Shown piece by piece: positions 49,583 through 59,998 of a DNA stretch of 64,000 nt (positions within the stretch are counted from its first letter, which is position 1; every line of letters begins with the position of its first letter). Origin of the DNA: Candidatus Bathyarchaeia archaeon (lineage in GTDB: Archaea > Thermoproteota > Bathyarchaeia > 40CM-2-53-6). The notes under the pieces were generated by a model. The model searched no databases. It saw only the letters and a program-made list of their open reading frames with translations, and was not told the DNA's origin. Position numbers and translations under genes: made by a program. The stretch lies in contig JBEKSC010000007.1 in assembly GCA_049517415.1 (NCBI GenBank), positions 1 through 64,000 on the forward strand, written 5' to 3'.

Positions 49583-50196
49583 TGAGTTCCGCCCAATTTC
49601 CTGATTCTTGGAAGTATCATCATGATCTCGGAAGGGTCTCCTATCGCGAGGTAGCTTCCCTCAGCGTAATCTTTGGCAACGAGGGCGCAGTTTATTGAAT
49701 CGAGTTCGTCGCCTGTCAAGTCTCTTCTGGTGATGTCTCCTTTACACCTGAGCCTAAGAAGACTTTGTTGAAGTTCTGGTAGGCCACGCTGTTTCCGTGG
49801 AATCCCGAGCAAGTCCTGCGCTGCGCCCGGGAAGGCTTCAAACACTTCAAGGTTCAGTCGTTGGAGCTTTTTCTTGAGTCGAATGCCTCTAGCTGTGAGA
49901 GTTCTCATTGGCCCGATTGTTATCGGAAAGAATTTGATTCCCATCCGGGTTAGAACTCTGTCACAGGCTCGAAAGTGCTCGCGACCGCGACAATGCTCTC
50001 CAAGACAATGGCGGCCCTTGGGCAGCGCGAGCGGTGCATCAACCCCAACGTACTTGGCCCCGCTTTTACGTACAAATGCGAGAATCTCATCGTCGCCATA
50101 GAGGATAACACATTTCACCTTCATTTTTCCATCAATCACACAACCGCCCGTCGGACGGTTTGGGGATCCGGCCAAATCCAGCCCAACATAATTCAC
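49579..50196 (-). CDS. DUF429 family (RNase H-like fold) protein
   Basis: VGLDLAG, VGVDAPL..P, R.CDR, E.FPGA, DELDS..CA. Confidence 0.85.
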   Translation of the reverse strand: MNYVGLDLAGSPNRPTGGCVIDGKMKVKCVILYGDDEILAFVRKSGAKYVGVDAPLALPKGRHCLGEHCRGREHFRACDRVLTRMGIKFFPITIGPMRTLTARGIRLKKKLQRLNLEVFEAFPGAAQDLLGIPRKQRGLPELQQSLLRLRCKGDITRRDLTGDELDSINCALVAKDYAEGSYLAIGDPSEIMMILPRIRKLGGTQ

Positions 50197-50466
50197 GTCT
50201 CACTGCCTCCTTCCATTTTCTAGGCTGCGGGAGATCATGTACTGCATGTCTGGGCTAGGGGAAATATTCAGTGCGAGCGCGGCAAGTAAGAATATTGTGA
50301 GGGAAGCGGTGCCATGCATCAAAGCAACCTCAATCTTTTCGATGTGATTTCCTATTTTTCGACGAGTATGTTCAAATCCAATGGACCAGCCAGCGATTTA
50401 TGCTGGCACCCGTGTCGAACATTTAATGCCTCAGAATCAAACCGCCCTTATTTGCGTGTGTGGACT

Positions 50467-50796
50467 GTGGATACTAACGGGCTTGCGACCCTATTCATGA
50501 CTCAGATTGGGTTTGGCGGAACCTTGGGGTTCCTTTTAGGCTATGGTCTGAAGAAGGTCGCCACGATCATTCTCAAAATCCTTGCATTAGTTTCAGGCCT
50601 CTTTATGCTCGCCCTGACCTGGCTGGCCTCCATTGGGGTCATATCGGTCAACTTCAACGCGTTCTCCAGCGCCGTGGGGAATGGTTTCGCTGGCGTTATA
50701 GCCGGCCTTGTCGGCTCCCTTGCATTCGTAGGCCAAATCTTGCCCATTGGGGGAAGCTTCAGCTTAGGCTTCTACTTAGGGGCAAAGAAAGGCTAA
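50467..50796 (+). CDS. FUN14 domain membrane protein
   Basis: QIGFGG.LGF..GY.LKKV, GVI.VN, F..GFYLG.KKG. Confidence 0.85.
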   Translation: MDTNGLATLFMTQIGFGGTLGFLLGYGLKKVATIILKILALVSGLFMLALTWLASIGVISVNFNAFSSAVGNGFAGVIAGLVGSLAFVGQILPIGGSFSLGFYLGAKKG

Positions 50797-50906
50797 CGCG
50801 ATTCGACGGCTTGATCCAGTCAGACCCACCCATGCCCTCAGCCGACCTTCGGCAAAGCGAACACACTTCACCTACGCTAATTTACAATTGAGGTGGCGTC
50901 TCATCG

Positions 50907-51371
50907 TTGAATAAAGTCGTAATCGCGGTCGCGGTAACCATCTTCATCCTAGCCGTCTCTGCTGGATATTTTGTTTTCCAACAGTGGGCTTCCAATCGAA
51001 TAAGCATTGACGGGGTCGTCCTCAATATTGATTTAGCGACAACTCCGGCTGAGCAGCAGCAGGGCCTGTCGGGACGAGATTCGATGGCTCCAGATCACGG
51101 GATGCTCTTCGTATTTCAAAGCGAGGATTATTGGAGCTTCTGGATGATTGAGATGAAGTTTCCGTTGGACATGATCTGGTTCGATTCCAGTAGGCAGGCC
51201 GTTTTCTTCGAGCAGAACTTGCAGCCATGCAGCCCAACTTTCTGCCAAGTCTTCACACCACCAGTTAAGGCAATGTACGTCCTAGAGGTCAACGCTGGCT
51301 TCATTGCAGCCCACCACATATCTCTCGGCGACAAGTTCTACTTCCTCACGTTCGCCTTCCCGATGGCGTAG
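50907..51371 (+). CDS. DUF192 family protein
   Basis: A.T....QGLSGR, GMLFVF, FWM..MKFPLD.IW, YVLEVNAG. Confidence 0.9.
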   Translation: MNKVVIAVAVTIFILAVSAGYFVFQQWASNRISIDGVVLNIDLATTPAEQQQGLSGRDSMAPDHGMLFVFQSEDYWSFWMIEMKFPLDMIWFDSSRQAVFFEQNLQPCSPTFCQVFTPPVKAMYVLEVNAGFIAAHHISLGDKFYFLTFAFPMA

Positions 51372-51574
51372 ACTCTCGTACGTAGGTCGGTTCAATCAAC
51401 CACCGCGTATGACCATCCGTTCACGCGAAGATTTTCTTCACCAATTCAAACTAGGGACATCATATCCCCTTAGCTTCGTTGGCACAGCACGAGAACCCCC
51501 GTCTCCGTAAATCTTGACACTCAATCACTCCTTAGGACGTGAAAACCAGAAGCGATCGCAACGAGAATAATGCT

Positions 51575-52468
51575 TCAAACGTATCGGCCTGGTGGCTTTA
51601 GGGTCATGTAGAGGCCGGCCAAAATCAAAGCAGCGCCAATTCCAATATTCGGCTCGGGAACTTCTTGCAGCACGACCCAACCGAGTAGCAATGCAACTAT
51701 GGGGTTTAGAAAAGTGACCATGGAAACGTGGGTGGCACTAGCTCTTTTCAGAAGCCAGTATAATCCGATGAATCCGAATGCGGAACCCACCACGCCCAAG
51801 TAGAGGACGGCCAAGAATGCGGAGAACGTGAAGTTGAGCGAAGCCTTAGATTCGGTAACTAAGCCAAAGGACAGGAGAGCAGCGGCGCCAATGGAATTTT
51901 GAACCAGAACGTTGGCAACGGGATCAACTCCTCCCGCGTGCTTCTTGGCTACGACATAGGCCAGCCCGCCGGAAGCAGCGCTTCCAACGATCGCCAGGCT
52001 TCCAAGAACAGAGTATTGAGTTGCAAGGTTCTGGAGTGCCGTAAGATCCTTCCAGAAAATTGCTATCAAGCCACAAAAGGACAGTATTATGCCACCGACT
52101 CTGATTCCAGTAAGTTTCTCCTCCGTCAAGATATGTGCGAGGATTGCAACAAAGAAGGGCAAGGTAGCGAATAAAACGGCTGACAAACCCGATGAAACAT
52201 ATTCTTCGCCCCAAAAGACTAGGCCATAGGGCAAGGTAATCTGGAAGATACCTAGAAACAGCATCAAAATCCAAGAGGCACGATCTCTAGGAATACGAGC
52301 ATGAAGTATCTTCGCCAAGAGAATGAGTGCGGTGGTTGAGATTACAAAGCGAAGTCCCGCAAAGAGGAATGGTGGCAGAAATTCTAAACCAATCTTTATT
52401 CCAACCCACGTGCTACCCCAAATTATACAAAGTGCGCCGAAGATTAGGCCTGGGGCTTTCGACTGCAA
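51575..52468 (-). CDS. EamA/DMT family transporter
   Basis: IWGSTW, PPFLFAGLRF, two EamA repeats, P.VALLLG. Confidence 0.9.
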   Translation of the reverse strand: MQSKAPGLIFGALCIIWGSTWVGIKIGLEFLPPFLFAGLRFVISTTALILLAKILHARIPRDRASWILMLFLGIFQITLPYGLVFWGEEYVSSGLSAVLFATLPFFVAILAHILTEEKLTGIRVGGIILSFCGLIAIFWKDLTALQNLATQYSVLGSLAIVGSAASGGLAYVVAKKHAGGVDPVANVLVQNSIGAAALLSFGLVTESKASLNFTFSAFLAVLYLGVVGSAFGFIGLYWLLKRASATHVSMVTFLNPIVALLLGWVVLQEVPEPNIGIGAALILAGLYMTLKPPGRYV

Positions 52469-52528
52469 ATGCCTCGCGTCCTACGTGGGACTGATTGGGG
52501 AGACTCTATTCTGGATTACGATGAGTTT

Positions 52529-53728
52529 CTAGCCGAACCAGGCTCTCATTCGGTCTTCCAAGAAATTTTGCTTCTGGCGATACCCATCCTCACTTGGGGG
52601 CTCGAATTCCCATTTCGGATTAGGCTGGGCATAGAAATGCGCGCGAACGGGTGCAGCTCTTCCATCTCCGACTTCCATAAAGCAAACTCCTTGGCCATCA
52701 AAGGCGGCTGATTTTTCAGCGCCTTGGATTTCGTTAATGATGTTCTGCGCCACAACCTTTCCTTGCTCTTCTGCTAAGACGCCCGCCCTAGGAAGCATGG
52801 CCCCTTTGGGCGTCTTGGCGGCCGCGCAGTCACCGACCGCATAAACATTCGAAATCTCCATCGCTAACGTGGCTGAATCTACGGAAATCCATCCGGACTC
52901 GTCCAATAGTCTAGAATCCTTCAGCACTGAGGGGGCTACATGTATGGGGATCGCGAAAATCGCATCGTGTAGGATCTCATTTCCTTCTTCGGTTAGGATA
53001 CTCTTTTGTCGAATTTCTTTCACCTTTTGCGAGGGATAGTAGGCGATTTCTCGACTTGCGAGGAGCGTGGTTACCCTCTTTCCGGCTTCAGTACCGAGAA
53101 TACCGAGTGGGTGAGCCTCAGGTGTTACAATTTGCATTTTCACTTTGTCCCTGATCCCATTTTTTCTTAGGACATCGTCTATGATCATTGATGCCTCGTA
53201 AGGTGCTGGGGGACACTTGAATGGCAACCCGCAAACAAGCACAGTCAACGTCCCTCCTCTCAGTGAACGGAGCAGATCCCTAATCTCCGCGCAACCGCTC
53301 TCGGTATACATGTTCTTAGCATACCTAGCGAAGCCTTTTGGCCAGCCGAGCGAATAGTCGGCCCCCAATGCAATGATCAGGTAGTCATAGGCGAAGCGCT
53401 CGGGTCCTACTCGAACCTCAAGGTTTTGAACGTCAATTGCGCTCACTTCACCCTCGACGAAATTGATCCTACGCTTCGCCAACAGAGTCCTATTACCGGG
53501 ATTCTGGCCCACTTGCCTACTGCCGCTCAGTATCCAGAGTTTTGTAAGGCCCATGAAAAAGAGCGGTTGCTTGTCAACCAAGGTTACTGTGTGCTCGGAG
53601 CTGAGGCCTTTTCGAAGTTTGTCAGCCGCCGCTAGGCCGCCAAAACCGCCGCCGAGGACTAGGATACGTTTGCCTATGCGAATTCCACGCCGAATGGAAC
53701 AAGTAAAGCCTTTAGAAATCTTACTCAA
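52529..53728 (-). CDS. FAD-dependent oxidoreductase, sulfide:quinone oxidoreductase-like
   Basis: VLGGGFGG, YDYLIIALGA, FKCPPAPYE, VYAVGD, C-terminal G.CFME.G. Confidence 0.8.
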   Translation of the reverse strand: MSKISKGFTCSIRRGIRIGKRILVLGGGFGGLAAADKLRKGLSSEHTVTLVDKQPLFFMGLTKLWILSGSRQVGQNPGNRTLLAKRRINFVEGEVSAIDVQNLEVRVGPERFAYDYLIIALGADYSLGWPKGFARYAKNMYTESGCAEIRDLLRSLRGGTLTVLVCGLPFKCPPAPYEASMIIDDVLRKNGIRDKVKMQIVTPEAHPLGILGTEAGKRVTTLLASREIAYYPSQKVKEIRQKSILTEEGNEILHDAIFAIPIHVAPSVLKDSRLLDESGWISVDSATLAMEISNVYAVGDCAAAKTPKGAMLPRAGVLAEEQGKVVAQNIINEIQGAEKSAAFDGQGVCFMEVGDGRAAPVRAHFYAQPNPKWEFEPPSEDGYRQKQNFLEDRMRAWFG

Positions 53729-53760
53729 ACCGAAGAGAGAAGTTTCGGTTGCCAGGGGCT

Positions 53761-53955
53761 CTATCTAATATCGACAACTACGACTGAAACCCGTTTCCCG
53801 CATCCCCGTTTCCCGATTTTCTGGCAGAAGATGAAGTTCTCTAGGATTTGCCCAACATTTGTTATCACCGACGTGTCGAAGGCATCATATTTGCTATCGA
53901 ATTTGGCTTTGCACTCCATACACCTTAGTTTTACGTGCGTTGTCTGTTGACTCAT
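53761..53955 (-). CDS. Small Cys-rich (Zn-finger-like) protein
   Basis: CMEC ... CQK....GC. Confidence 0.55.
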   Translation of the reverse strand: MSQQTTHVKLRCMECKAKFDSKYDAFDTSVITNVGQILENFIFCQKIGKRGCGKRVSVVVVDIR

Positions 53956-54051
53956 AATCTATACTTCACAATTGATGACGCGAATTCGTTCTTCTCCAAT
54001 TGAAACCTTTCGGTCAATTCTCCCCCTAAATCGCCGGCGAGGTTTGGCAAC

Positions 54052-55176
54052 CTAGGAGGACACCTTGGAAAGTGTTGAAAGCACGTCTCCGACGCGTTCC
54101 AAGCCTGAAAGCAAACGCTCCTGCTCACAGCCGTAGCCTATTCGCAGATAATGGTCCATCCCGAACTGGTCGCCCGGCACTACCAAAGTGCTCTTCTCCC
54201 GCAAAAGTCGCTCCGCGAGCCGGGTCGAGCTGATTTTAAGAAAATACTTAATGTATGCGATAGCTCCGGCCTTGGGCGCAATGAACGATAAGTAATCGTG
54301 ATGTTTGTCAACCCAACTCGTCAGAATTGGCAGATTCGAACGGAGTATCTCTCGCGTCCGTCCTAGGATCTTTGCTCGCATATCAGGTCGCAAGGCCTTC
54401 CTTGCGATGAAATCGCTTAAAGCGCTCGGACCGATGGTTGTATAGTCATGGTAAGACCAGAGTTTCGTCGCCAATTCTTTACCCGACAATGCCCAGCCAA
54501 TCCTGAGTCCTGGTAGGCCGTAGGCCTTCGACAATCCGTTAGTTACTATGACCTTATCGTACTTGCCCCAAAACGTTGGAGTCTCCAAGCCCGATAGTTC
54601 AGCGCCATGGTACACCTCATCGGAGAGGATCCACGCACCCGCCCGCTTCGCGACCTCGCAAATACCTTCGACAGCCTCCTCATCGAGAACAGCGCCAGTC
54701 GGGTTGTTTGGGTTGCAGATGGCGACCAGCTTTGTCCTCTTCCTCACGATTTTTCTTAGAGCTCTTAGATCGACTGACCATTGACCTGCGTCTTCCTTGA
54801 GCCAAAACGGCTTGACCTTGGCTTGCATTGTTTTGGCCAAGCCCCAGACTTGCATGTAGTTCGGAAGCATCGCAACAACCTCAGAGCCTCGCTTCAGGAA
54901 GGACCAGAGGGTGACGAAGATCGCCTCAGAGCTACCATTCGTCACCAACAAGTCATCAGGAGACGCTTTCGAGTATGTTGCCGCGATTGTCTTTCTCAGT
55001 TCCTCCGTTCCATTCGTTTGACTGTACCCCAAAGGTTGTTTGAGCATATCGGACGTGTCGCCGTCCAGCACTTCGACAAGTTTCAGCGGATGGACGCCGC
55101 TTTCCGAGAGATTGTATTCGACTTGATTCTCCCACGTAGATTGCCAACGCTCCATTTCAAAGGGCTGAAGCTTCAT
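54052..55176 (-). CDS. Aminotransferase class I/II
   Basis: NLSESG, CNPNNPTG, DEVY, GLSKAYGLPGLRIGW. Confidence 0.92.
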   Translation of the reverse strand: MKLQPFEMERWQSTWENQVEYNLSESGVHPLKLVEVLDGDTSDMLKQPLGYSQTNGTEELRKTIAATYSKASPDDLLVTNGSSEAIFVTLWSFLKRGSEVVAMLPNYMQVWGLAKTMQAKVKPFWLKEDAGQWSVDLRALRKIVRKRTKLVAICNPNNPTGAVLDEEAVEGICEVAKRAGAWILSDEVYHGAELSGLETPTFWGKYDKVIVTNGLSKAYGLPGLRIGWALSGKELATKLWSYHDYTTIGPSALSDFIARKALRPDMRAKILGRTREILRSNLPILTSWVDKHHDYLSFIAPKAGAIAYIKYFLKISSTRLAERLLREKSTLVVPGDQFGMDHYLRIGYGCEQERLLSGLERVGDVLSTLSKVSS

Positions 55177-55242
55177 AACACTCAACGGAACTAGATGACC
55201 CACAGTGTGTGATAACAACTTTTCCAGATGGGTCGGACGTAG

Positions 55243-55905
55243 ATGAAAGGGGACTCACCGATATTAGCGTCGCTTGAACACGCCGTCTTCTATCCTCCAA
55301 CGAAGGCCGCGAAGTATGCGACCGTTGTGGCACTGCATGGCCGAGGAACTGACGAGAAGGATTTGATACCTCTCGTGCATTCGCTAGGTTTGAGTGACAC
55401 ACTTTTGATCTCCCCACGTGCACCCGCGCCCTTCGAATTTGGCGGAGGCTTCACTTGGTACGACCTGAGCCAGGAAGGAGTGCCGAACGCGCAGAGCTTT
55501 GGTGCGAGCCTTGGCCTTCTGCGTCGGTTCATGGACGAGATTAGGGCAGGTTACCCTGTGGATCCTGAGCGTGTCATCTTGCTAGGTTTCAGTCAGGGGA
55601 CTGTGATGGCGTATTCGGTAGCCTTGTTGAACCCAGCCGCGTTTTTCGGAGTCGCAGCCTTAAGCGGCTACATTCCACAAAGGTCTGGCTTACCTCTCGT
55701 CTCAGAGAATCTTAGAGGGTTTTCCATTTTTGTCTCCCATGGGACTTACGATCAAATCATACCAGTTCGTTTAGCGCGCGAATCCGCAGAGCTGCTGAAA
55801 AAAGCCGGAGCATGCGTGGAGTATCAAGAATATCCTATGGGGCATGAGGTTAGCAGAGAAACAGTTCGAGACCTATCCGCTTGGGTCAAAAATCTGCTGA
55901 AGTGA
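55243..55905 (+). CDS. Phospholipase/carboxylesterase (alpha/beta hydrolase)
   Basis: LHGRG, GFSQG nucleophile, HGTYD, MGH. Confidence 0.9.
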   Translation: MKGDSPILASLEHAVFYPPTKAAKYATVVALHGRGTDEKDLIPLVHSLGLSDTLLISPRAPAPFEFGGGFTWYDLSQEGVPNAQSFGASLGLLRRFMDEIRAGYPVDPERVILLGFSQGTVMAYSVALLNPAAFFGVAALSGYIPQRSGLPLVSENLRGFSIFVSHGTYDQIIPVRLARESAELLKKAGACVEYQEYPMGHEVSRETVRDLSAWVKNLLK

Positions 55906-55970
55906 CCCAGGTCCCTAAGCTTTGTGGCATAAAGGACGAAGTTTTATTCAACTTGAGAAGCCAGTAACTA

Positions 55971-56600
55971 GTGAGAGGATCAGTGTTGGGTAGTAGGTCG
56001 CCGCGACCTAGGGAGGTAGCGCTTACCGCCGTTATGACCGCTGCAACGGCTGCTGTAACCATGGTTCTGAGCATCCCATTTCCACCCACCCGAGGCTACT
56101 TCAACTTGGGTGATGCAATGGTCATGCTCGCTGGCTTGCTATTTGGAGCAAGGCTCGGGGGCTTTGCAGGTGGCGTTGGCTCAGCAATTTCTGACATTCT
56201 CTTAGGCTATGCGTACTTCTCACCGTTGACACTTTTAATCAAAGGAACGGAAGGGTTCCTCACAGGCCTGATAGGGAACAATCGAAGATTCCCACTCAAA
56301 GTGGCAGGGGTCGCGGCGGGAGCTGTAGCGATGCTGGTTGGCTATTTTTCTGTTGAAACCCCACTGTACGGGATTGGCGCGGCTTTCGCGGAACTTGCCA
56401 CGATAAATTCTATTCAAGTCTTGTCTGGGGCCGTTATTTCACTGCTGTTATGCCAGGCGATTCTGAAAGCGTATCCCGACATCAAGTTCCTCCAACCGAG
56501 ACATGAAGGCCTCCGATTCGGTGTCATCATGGTCGTTGTTGCTTCAATAGTTCTAGCCGCGATTGTTGGCCTCTATCTAATGACGGGCATTTCGCCCTGA
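55971..56600 (+). CDS. ECF transporter S component
   Basis: IP.P.T.GYFNLGD, GG.AGGVGSAISD.LLGY..F.P.TL.IKG.EG. Confidence 0.9.
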   Translation: MRGSVLGSRSPRPREVALTAVMTAATAAVTMVLSIPFPPTRGYFNLGDAMVMLAGLLFGARLGGFAGGVGSAISDILLGYAYFSPLTLLIKGTEGFLTGLIGNNRRFPLKVAGVAAGAVAMLVGYFSVETPLYGIGAAFAELATINSIQVLSGAVISLLLCQAILKAYPDIKFLQPRHEGLRFGVIMVVVASIVLAAIVGLYLMTGISP

Positions 56601-56622
56601 AACAAAGGCTGATAATCCGAAG

Positions 56623-56892
56623 TCAGGAGAGTCGAATCCATTTCGACTTTCTGTCTTCATCTGTCCTAACCACTTTAGGTCGTTTCCCTAAATAGAAGCC
56701 GACCAAGAGAGTGGCGGGAATGTCGATGAATGAAGGGTATACTAAATTGTGACTTGCCAGCCTCCACGCTAGGTCTATTAGTATTCCCAGAATTGCGAGA
56801 ATTTGGGTAATACGAATCTTAGGGAAGACCGAAGAAAAAGCTTCAACGAACTCGTAAGCCAATGTGAATCTTCTCCTCTTAGAACTAACCAA
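56623..56892 (-). CDS. Small membrane protein
   Basis: Two hydrophobic segments, basic termini. Confidence 0.45.
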   Translation of the reverse strand: MVSSKRRRFTLAYEFVEAFSSVFPKIRITQILAILGILIDLAWRLASHNLVYPSFIDIPATLLVGFYLGKRPKVVRTDEDRKSKWIRLS

Positions 56893-56908
56893 GTGATTGC
56901 TAAAGAAT

Positions 56909-57559
56909 TCATGGCTGTCTTTCTAAGCTTACTGGACTCTTGCCAAAGTAATTGTACAACCAAATGGGCAGAACAGTAAGATCCAACATGAGCATTAAGA
57001 CCTCCATGACGACGCCCGCTTCAGCCTGCTCAGGTGCGGGGTACATGGAGTATATGTGGATAGGAGTGAGGAGAAGGATAGCGCCGTAGAGGCCCATCGC
57101 CTTTCCGAGGACTATTGGCGCAAGTTGCCGCGCTCTTTTCGTCAACCCCCTTGACCCCCCAAATACCAGACCGCCTACGACGAATAATGTGACATGCATT
57201 TCAAAGTGAACCATTACGCTCAGCACCGCTGCGTCGAAATTGGCTGGAAGATACCAGTAGGCTGTCAAGAGAGAAGCCGTAACGAAGGCGGCAATGCCCC
57301 ATTTGTTGAATACGGAATTCGCCGTCAGAAGATGGCGGTAGATTTCGGCGACTTTCCTATGAAATGCGGACGCTACAAAGACCAGCGAATCGACACCGTA
57401 CGAAATAAGAAAACCTGTAGCGATGTAAAGAAAACCATGAGCCATATTCAAGGTCAAAGTTGACTCCAAATATGCGCCAAGTGGCGTAATCATAGAAAGA
57501 ATAATCACGGACGCCGTGCCGATCGCAAGAACGCCTCTAAGAAGCCACGGCATCAACAC
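56909..57559 (-). CDS. DUF1404-like membrane protein (possible oxidase assembly factor); the frame stays open upstream
   Basis: M.H, YWYLP..FDAAV....H..MH, KAMG..G..L, Y..YP..EQ..AG; divergent from the cox operon. Confidence 0.65.
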   Translation of the reverse strand: MLMPWLLRGVLAIGTASVIILSMITPLGAYLESTLTLNMAHGFLYIATGFLISYGVDSLVFVASAFHRKVAEIYRHLLTANSVFNKWGIAAFVTASLLTAYWYLPANFDAAVLSVMVHFEMHVTLFVVGGLVFGGSRGLTKRARQLAPIVLGKAMGLYGAILLLTPIHIYSMYPAPEQAEAGVVMEVLMLMLDLTVLPIWLYNYFGKSPVSLERQP

Positions 57560-57765
57560 GGCGCGAAGGTACCAACCCTTAGCTTCGTTCGAGGTTAACC
57601 CTAACGGGACTATGCGCTCAATTTCTTCTGTTCTTCGTCTAGTCTCTTTGACCGTTGCCGTAGGATTCCGCCCTCGAAACCTAACTAAGCGCCGGAATCT
57701 TAACGCTGTCTTTAGATCTCTTCCGGCGCTCGTCGATTCTAAGCAGGAGTTTCATCAGCAAAACG

Positions 57766-57773
57766 TGTAACAT
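57766..57773 (+). repeat. Left 8-bp target-site duplication TGTAACAT
   Basis: Identical to 61087-61094, directly abutting the TIRs. Confidence 0.9.
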
Positions 57774-58004
57774 GGTTCTGTTAATTCTTAGGGACTCTAT
57801 GCCTCCTGTTAAGTGTCGGGACTTAGCTTGCAGCTTGGATAATCGTCAACCATTGGTGTCAAGTCCTTGTTTGGTCGCCTAGGCTGTCACCGTTTGGTGG
57901 CTTGGTGGCTAATAATCGGTGGTGTTACCTCTGCGGTTGAAAGGCTCTAACGGGAGACTTTTTCCAGCTGTTTTGCCCGTTGTTACCTTTCGGTTGAGAG
58001 AGCA

Positions 58005-58709
58005 TTAGTATTGGTTTTTCAAGTCGACCTTTATTGCGTTTTGGATAGACTCGATAAGTCGAACTGCTTCTCTCTCTAGACTAGCCAATTTCTTTTGGTC
58101 TTCGTCTTTAGAGGCATGTTCAAGCATGTTAGCGAAGAATTCACCCAGCGTTACCTCTTCCATTGGAAACTCTTTCTTTAGAGTCGGAAAAACTGCCTCT
58201 ATACGGTTCTTCAATCGGGGAACTATCTTGCCCTCAAAAATGCACAAGGCAAGGTCATTAGCAAAATTCTTGGCGCCCTCATTGTTGAAAGCAAAAGGAG
58301 TTGAAAACGATTGGTTTAGTTTATTGAGGATTGCTTCCACGTATTTTGGATAAAGTTCTGTCTTTATCGAACTGAGAAGTCGCAACCTCTGATCGTAGAG
58401 TTCATGTATTTGCGTTTCGAGGTTTTCAGGAACCAAGTAAAGCAAATGTGCGGAACGGATTTGGGAGTATTCTATAATATCGAAGAAGCCGTACGCTGAT
58501 AGGTTCGTTTTCAGATTGCGTAATTCGTCATACAGAGGCGCGTAGACTTTCTCCCGTCTTTCATCCGCTTTTTGGGCCTTCCAAGAATATCGAGCCGTAT
58601 ACCACGACGCAAGAAAAGTGAGAAGTGAGGTTACAACAATGAAGACAAAAGTCCCTAAATTGTTGATAAACCAATGCGCTACGTCATTCAGAAGTTCTGT
58701 TATGTCCAT
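58005..58709 (-). CDS. Transposon passenger: hypothetical protein with N-terminal TM helix
   Basis: AT-rich 234-aa ORF right after the transposase; TM then 'ERREKVYAPLY.EL'. Confidence 0.75.
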   Translation of the reverse strand: MDITELLNDVAHWFINNLGTFVFIVVTSLLTFLASWYTARYSWKAQKADERREKVYAPLYDELRNLKTNLSAYGFFDIIEYSQIRSAHLLYLVPENLETQIHELYDQRLRLLSSIKTELYPKYVEAILNKLNQSFSTPFAFNNEGAKNFANDLALCIFEGKIVPRLKNRIEAVFPTLKKEFPMEEVTLGEFFANMLEHASKDEDQKKLASLEREAVRLIESIQNAIKVDLKNQY

Positions 58710-58727
58710 ACAATTAGATGAGGCTCT

Positions 58728-59882
58728 CTATCTATTTTCGGCTTTTGGAGGTTCTCCGCGTTTTCGGTCTGCCGCGTTTTGAATCAGTGTTAGCCATTTA
58801 TCTTCTCCCTCAACTGAAATGCCTACTTTGTCGGCTGGTGTTTGTCCATCCAGTCCCATGTGGGGGCGTATGTAGTTGTGGTAGATTTGGTAGCCTTTCA
58901 GTAGTGGGCTGTCTGCTTTCTTGACTCCTCGAACAATCTTCTCGCGGTCGCGGATTTCTCCGTTGAAGCGTTCCATCTTGTTGTTATTGTGCTGATTCTT
59001 GAATGCGATATTCCGAATGTGAACTGTCCTATCACCCGTATCACGAGTCCAATATTCTTTCGTGTACGCTTCTTGGTAGGTGCGCAACCCGTCCGTAATG
59101 AGTGTCTTAGGTTTCTTCCCTGCTACCACTTTAGCGGCTCGGAATAGTTGGCGTGCATCGTGAGCGTATTTCGTGTCTGCGACCTCTCGCGCTATCCAGA
59201 ACCGAGTTTCATCGTCTAGGACAGCAAACAGGTACTTCATGTCGCCTTTGACCTTGAGGTATAGTTCGTCTGCTCGCCAAGTATCGCTGACTTGCGGGGT
59301 GATTTTTGAGAGGTATGAATCCATGAGTTTCACGTATTTTCCAATCCATTTGTAAACAGTGACATGGCTAACTGCTATCCCTTGCAACTTCAAGAATTTC
59401 TGAACATTCCGTAGTGATTCGCCTGAGAAGTATAGTTGCATGGCTGTTGTTACGGCCTGTGGGTTCGCTTGCAACTTTTCGAAGCCGTAGTTCTGGGTGA
59501 ATCTTTTCTCACAGTTCTTGCATAGGAACCGTTGTAGGTCGCCATATCGGTTGTGGCGTAGTCCTCTCTTGATTAGTGCCTTGGAACCGCAGTTGGGGCA
59601 AACGGTTAGGCTGATATTTGGAATTACTACGTTTTCCTTTACTGTGTTTCTTACGGCGAGTGAAAATTCAACTGCCCATATGTGTTTGCATTTGACTTGG
59701 CGATATGTGAAGTCGGGGCAGAGGCATATCCACTCTGCGCCGAACTTGCTGCTGCGGGTTATCTTATAGAATCCTTTGCCAGATTGTGAGGCTACTTTGT
59801 AGAGGCAGTCATCAAAGCGTAGAACTTGGCTGTCTTTCTCGGCAATCGCTTTACCTCGCAACTGGCGTGTTTGTAAGGCCAT
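58728..59882 (-). CDS. DDE transposase (IS6-like) with N-terminal SWIM finger and IS1-like Zn ribbon
   Basis: C.CPDF....CKH SWIM; CPNCGS...QRFLCKNC; HTH SLRNVQ..VSHVTVYKW; WRADE / ITDG / NKMERFN catalytic triad. Confidence 0.92.
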   Translation of the reverse strand: MALQTRQLRGKAIAEKDSQVLRFDDCLYKVASQSGKGFYKITRSSKFGAEWICLCPDFTYRQVKCKHIWAVEFSLAVRNTVKENVVIPNISLTVCPNCGSKALIKRGLRHNRYGDLQRFLCKNCEKRFTQNYGFEKLQANPQAVTTAMQLYFSGESLRNVQKFLKLQGIAVSHVTVYKWIGKYVKLMDSYLSKITPQVSDTWRADELYLKVKGDMKYLFAVLDDETRFWIAREVADTKYAHDARQLFRAAKVVAGKKPKTLITDGLRTYQEAYTKEYWTRDTGDRTVHIRNIAFKNQHNNNKMERFNGEIRDREKIVRGVKKADSPLLKGYQIYHNYIRPHMGLDGQTPADKVGISVEGEDKWLTLIQNAADRKRGEPPKAENR

Positions 59883-59998
59883 GTGATATCTACCGTTCTA
59901 TCTATCATCCATATGTGATATAAGTATCTATCGTCCGGCCGCCGTTCCAGCACCGTTCAAACGGTAGATTTATACAGGTCGAAGTTAACGGTCTAGCC

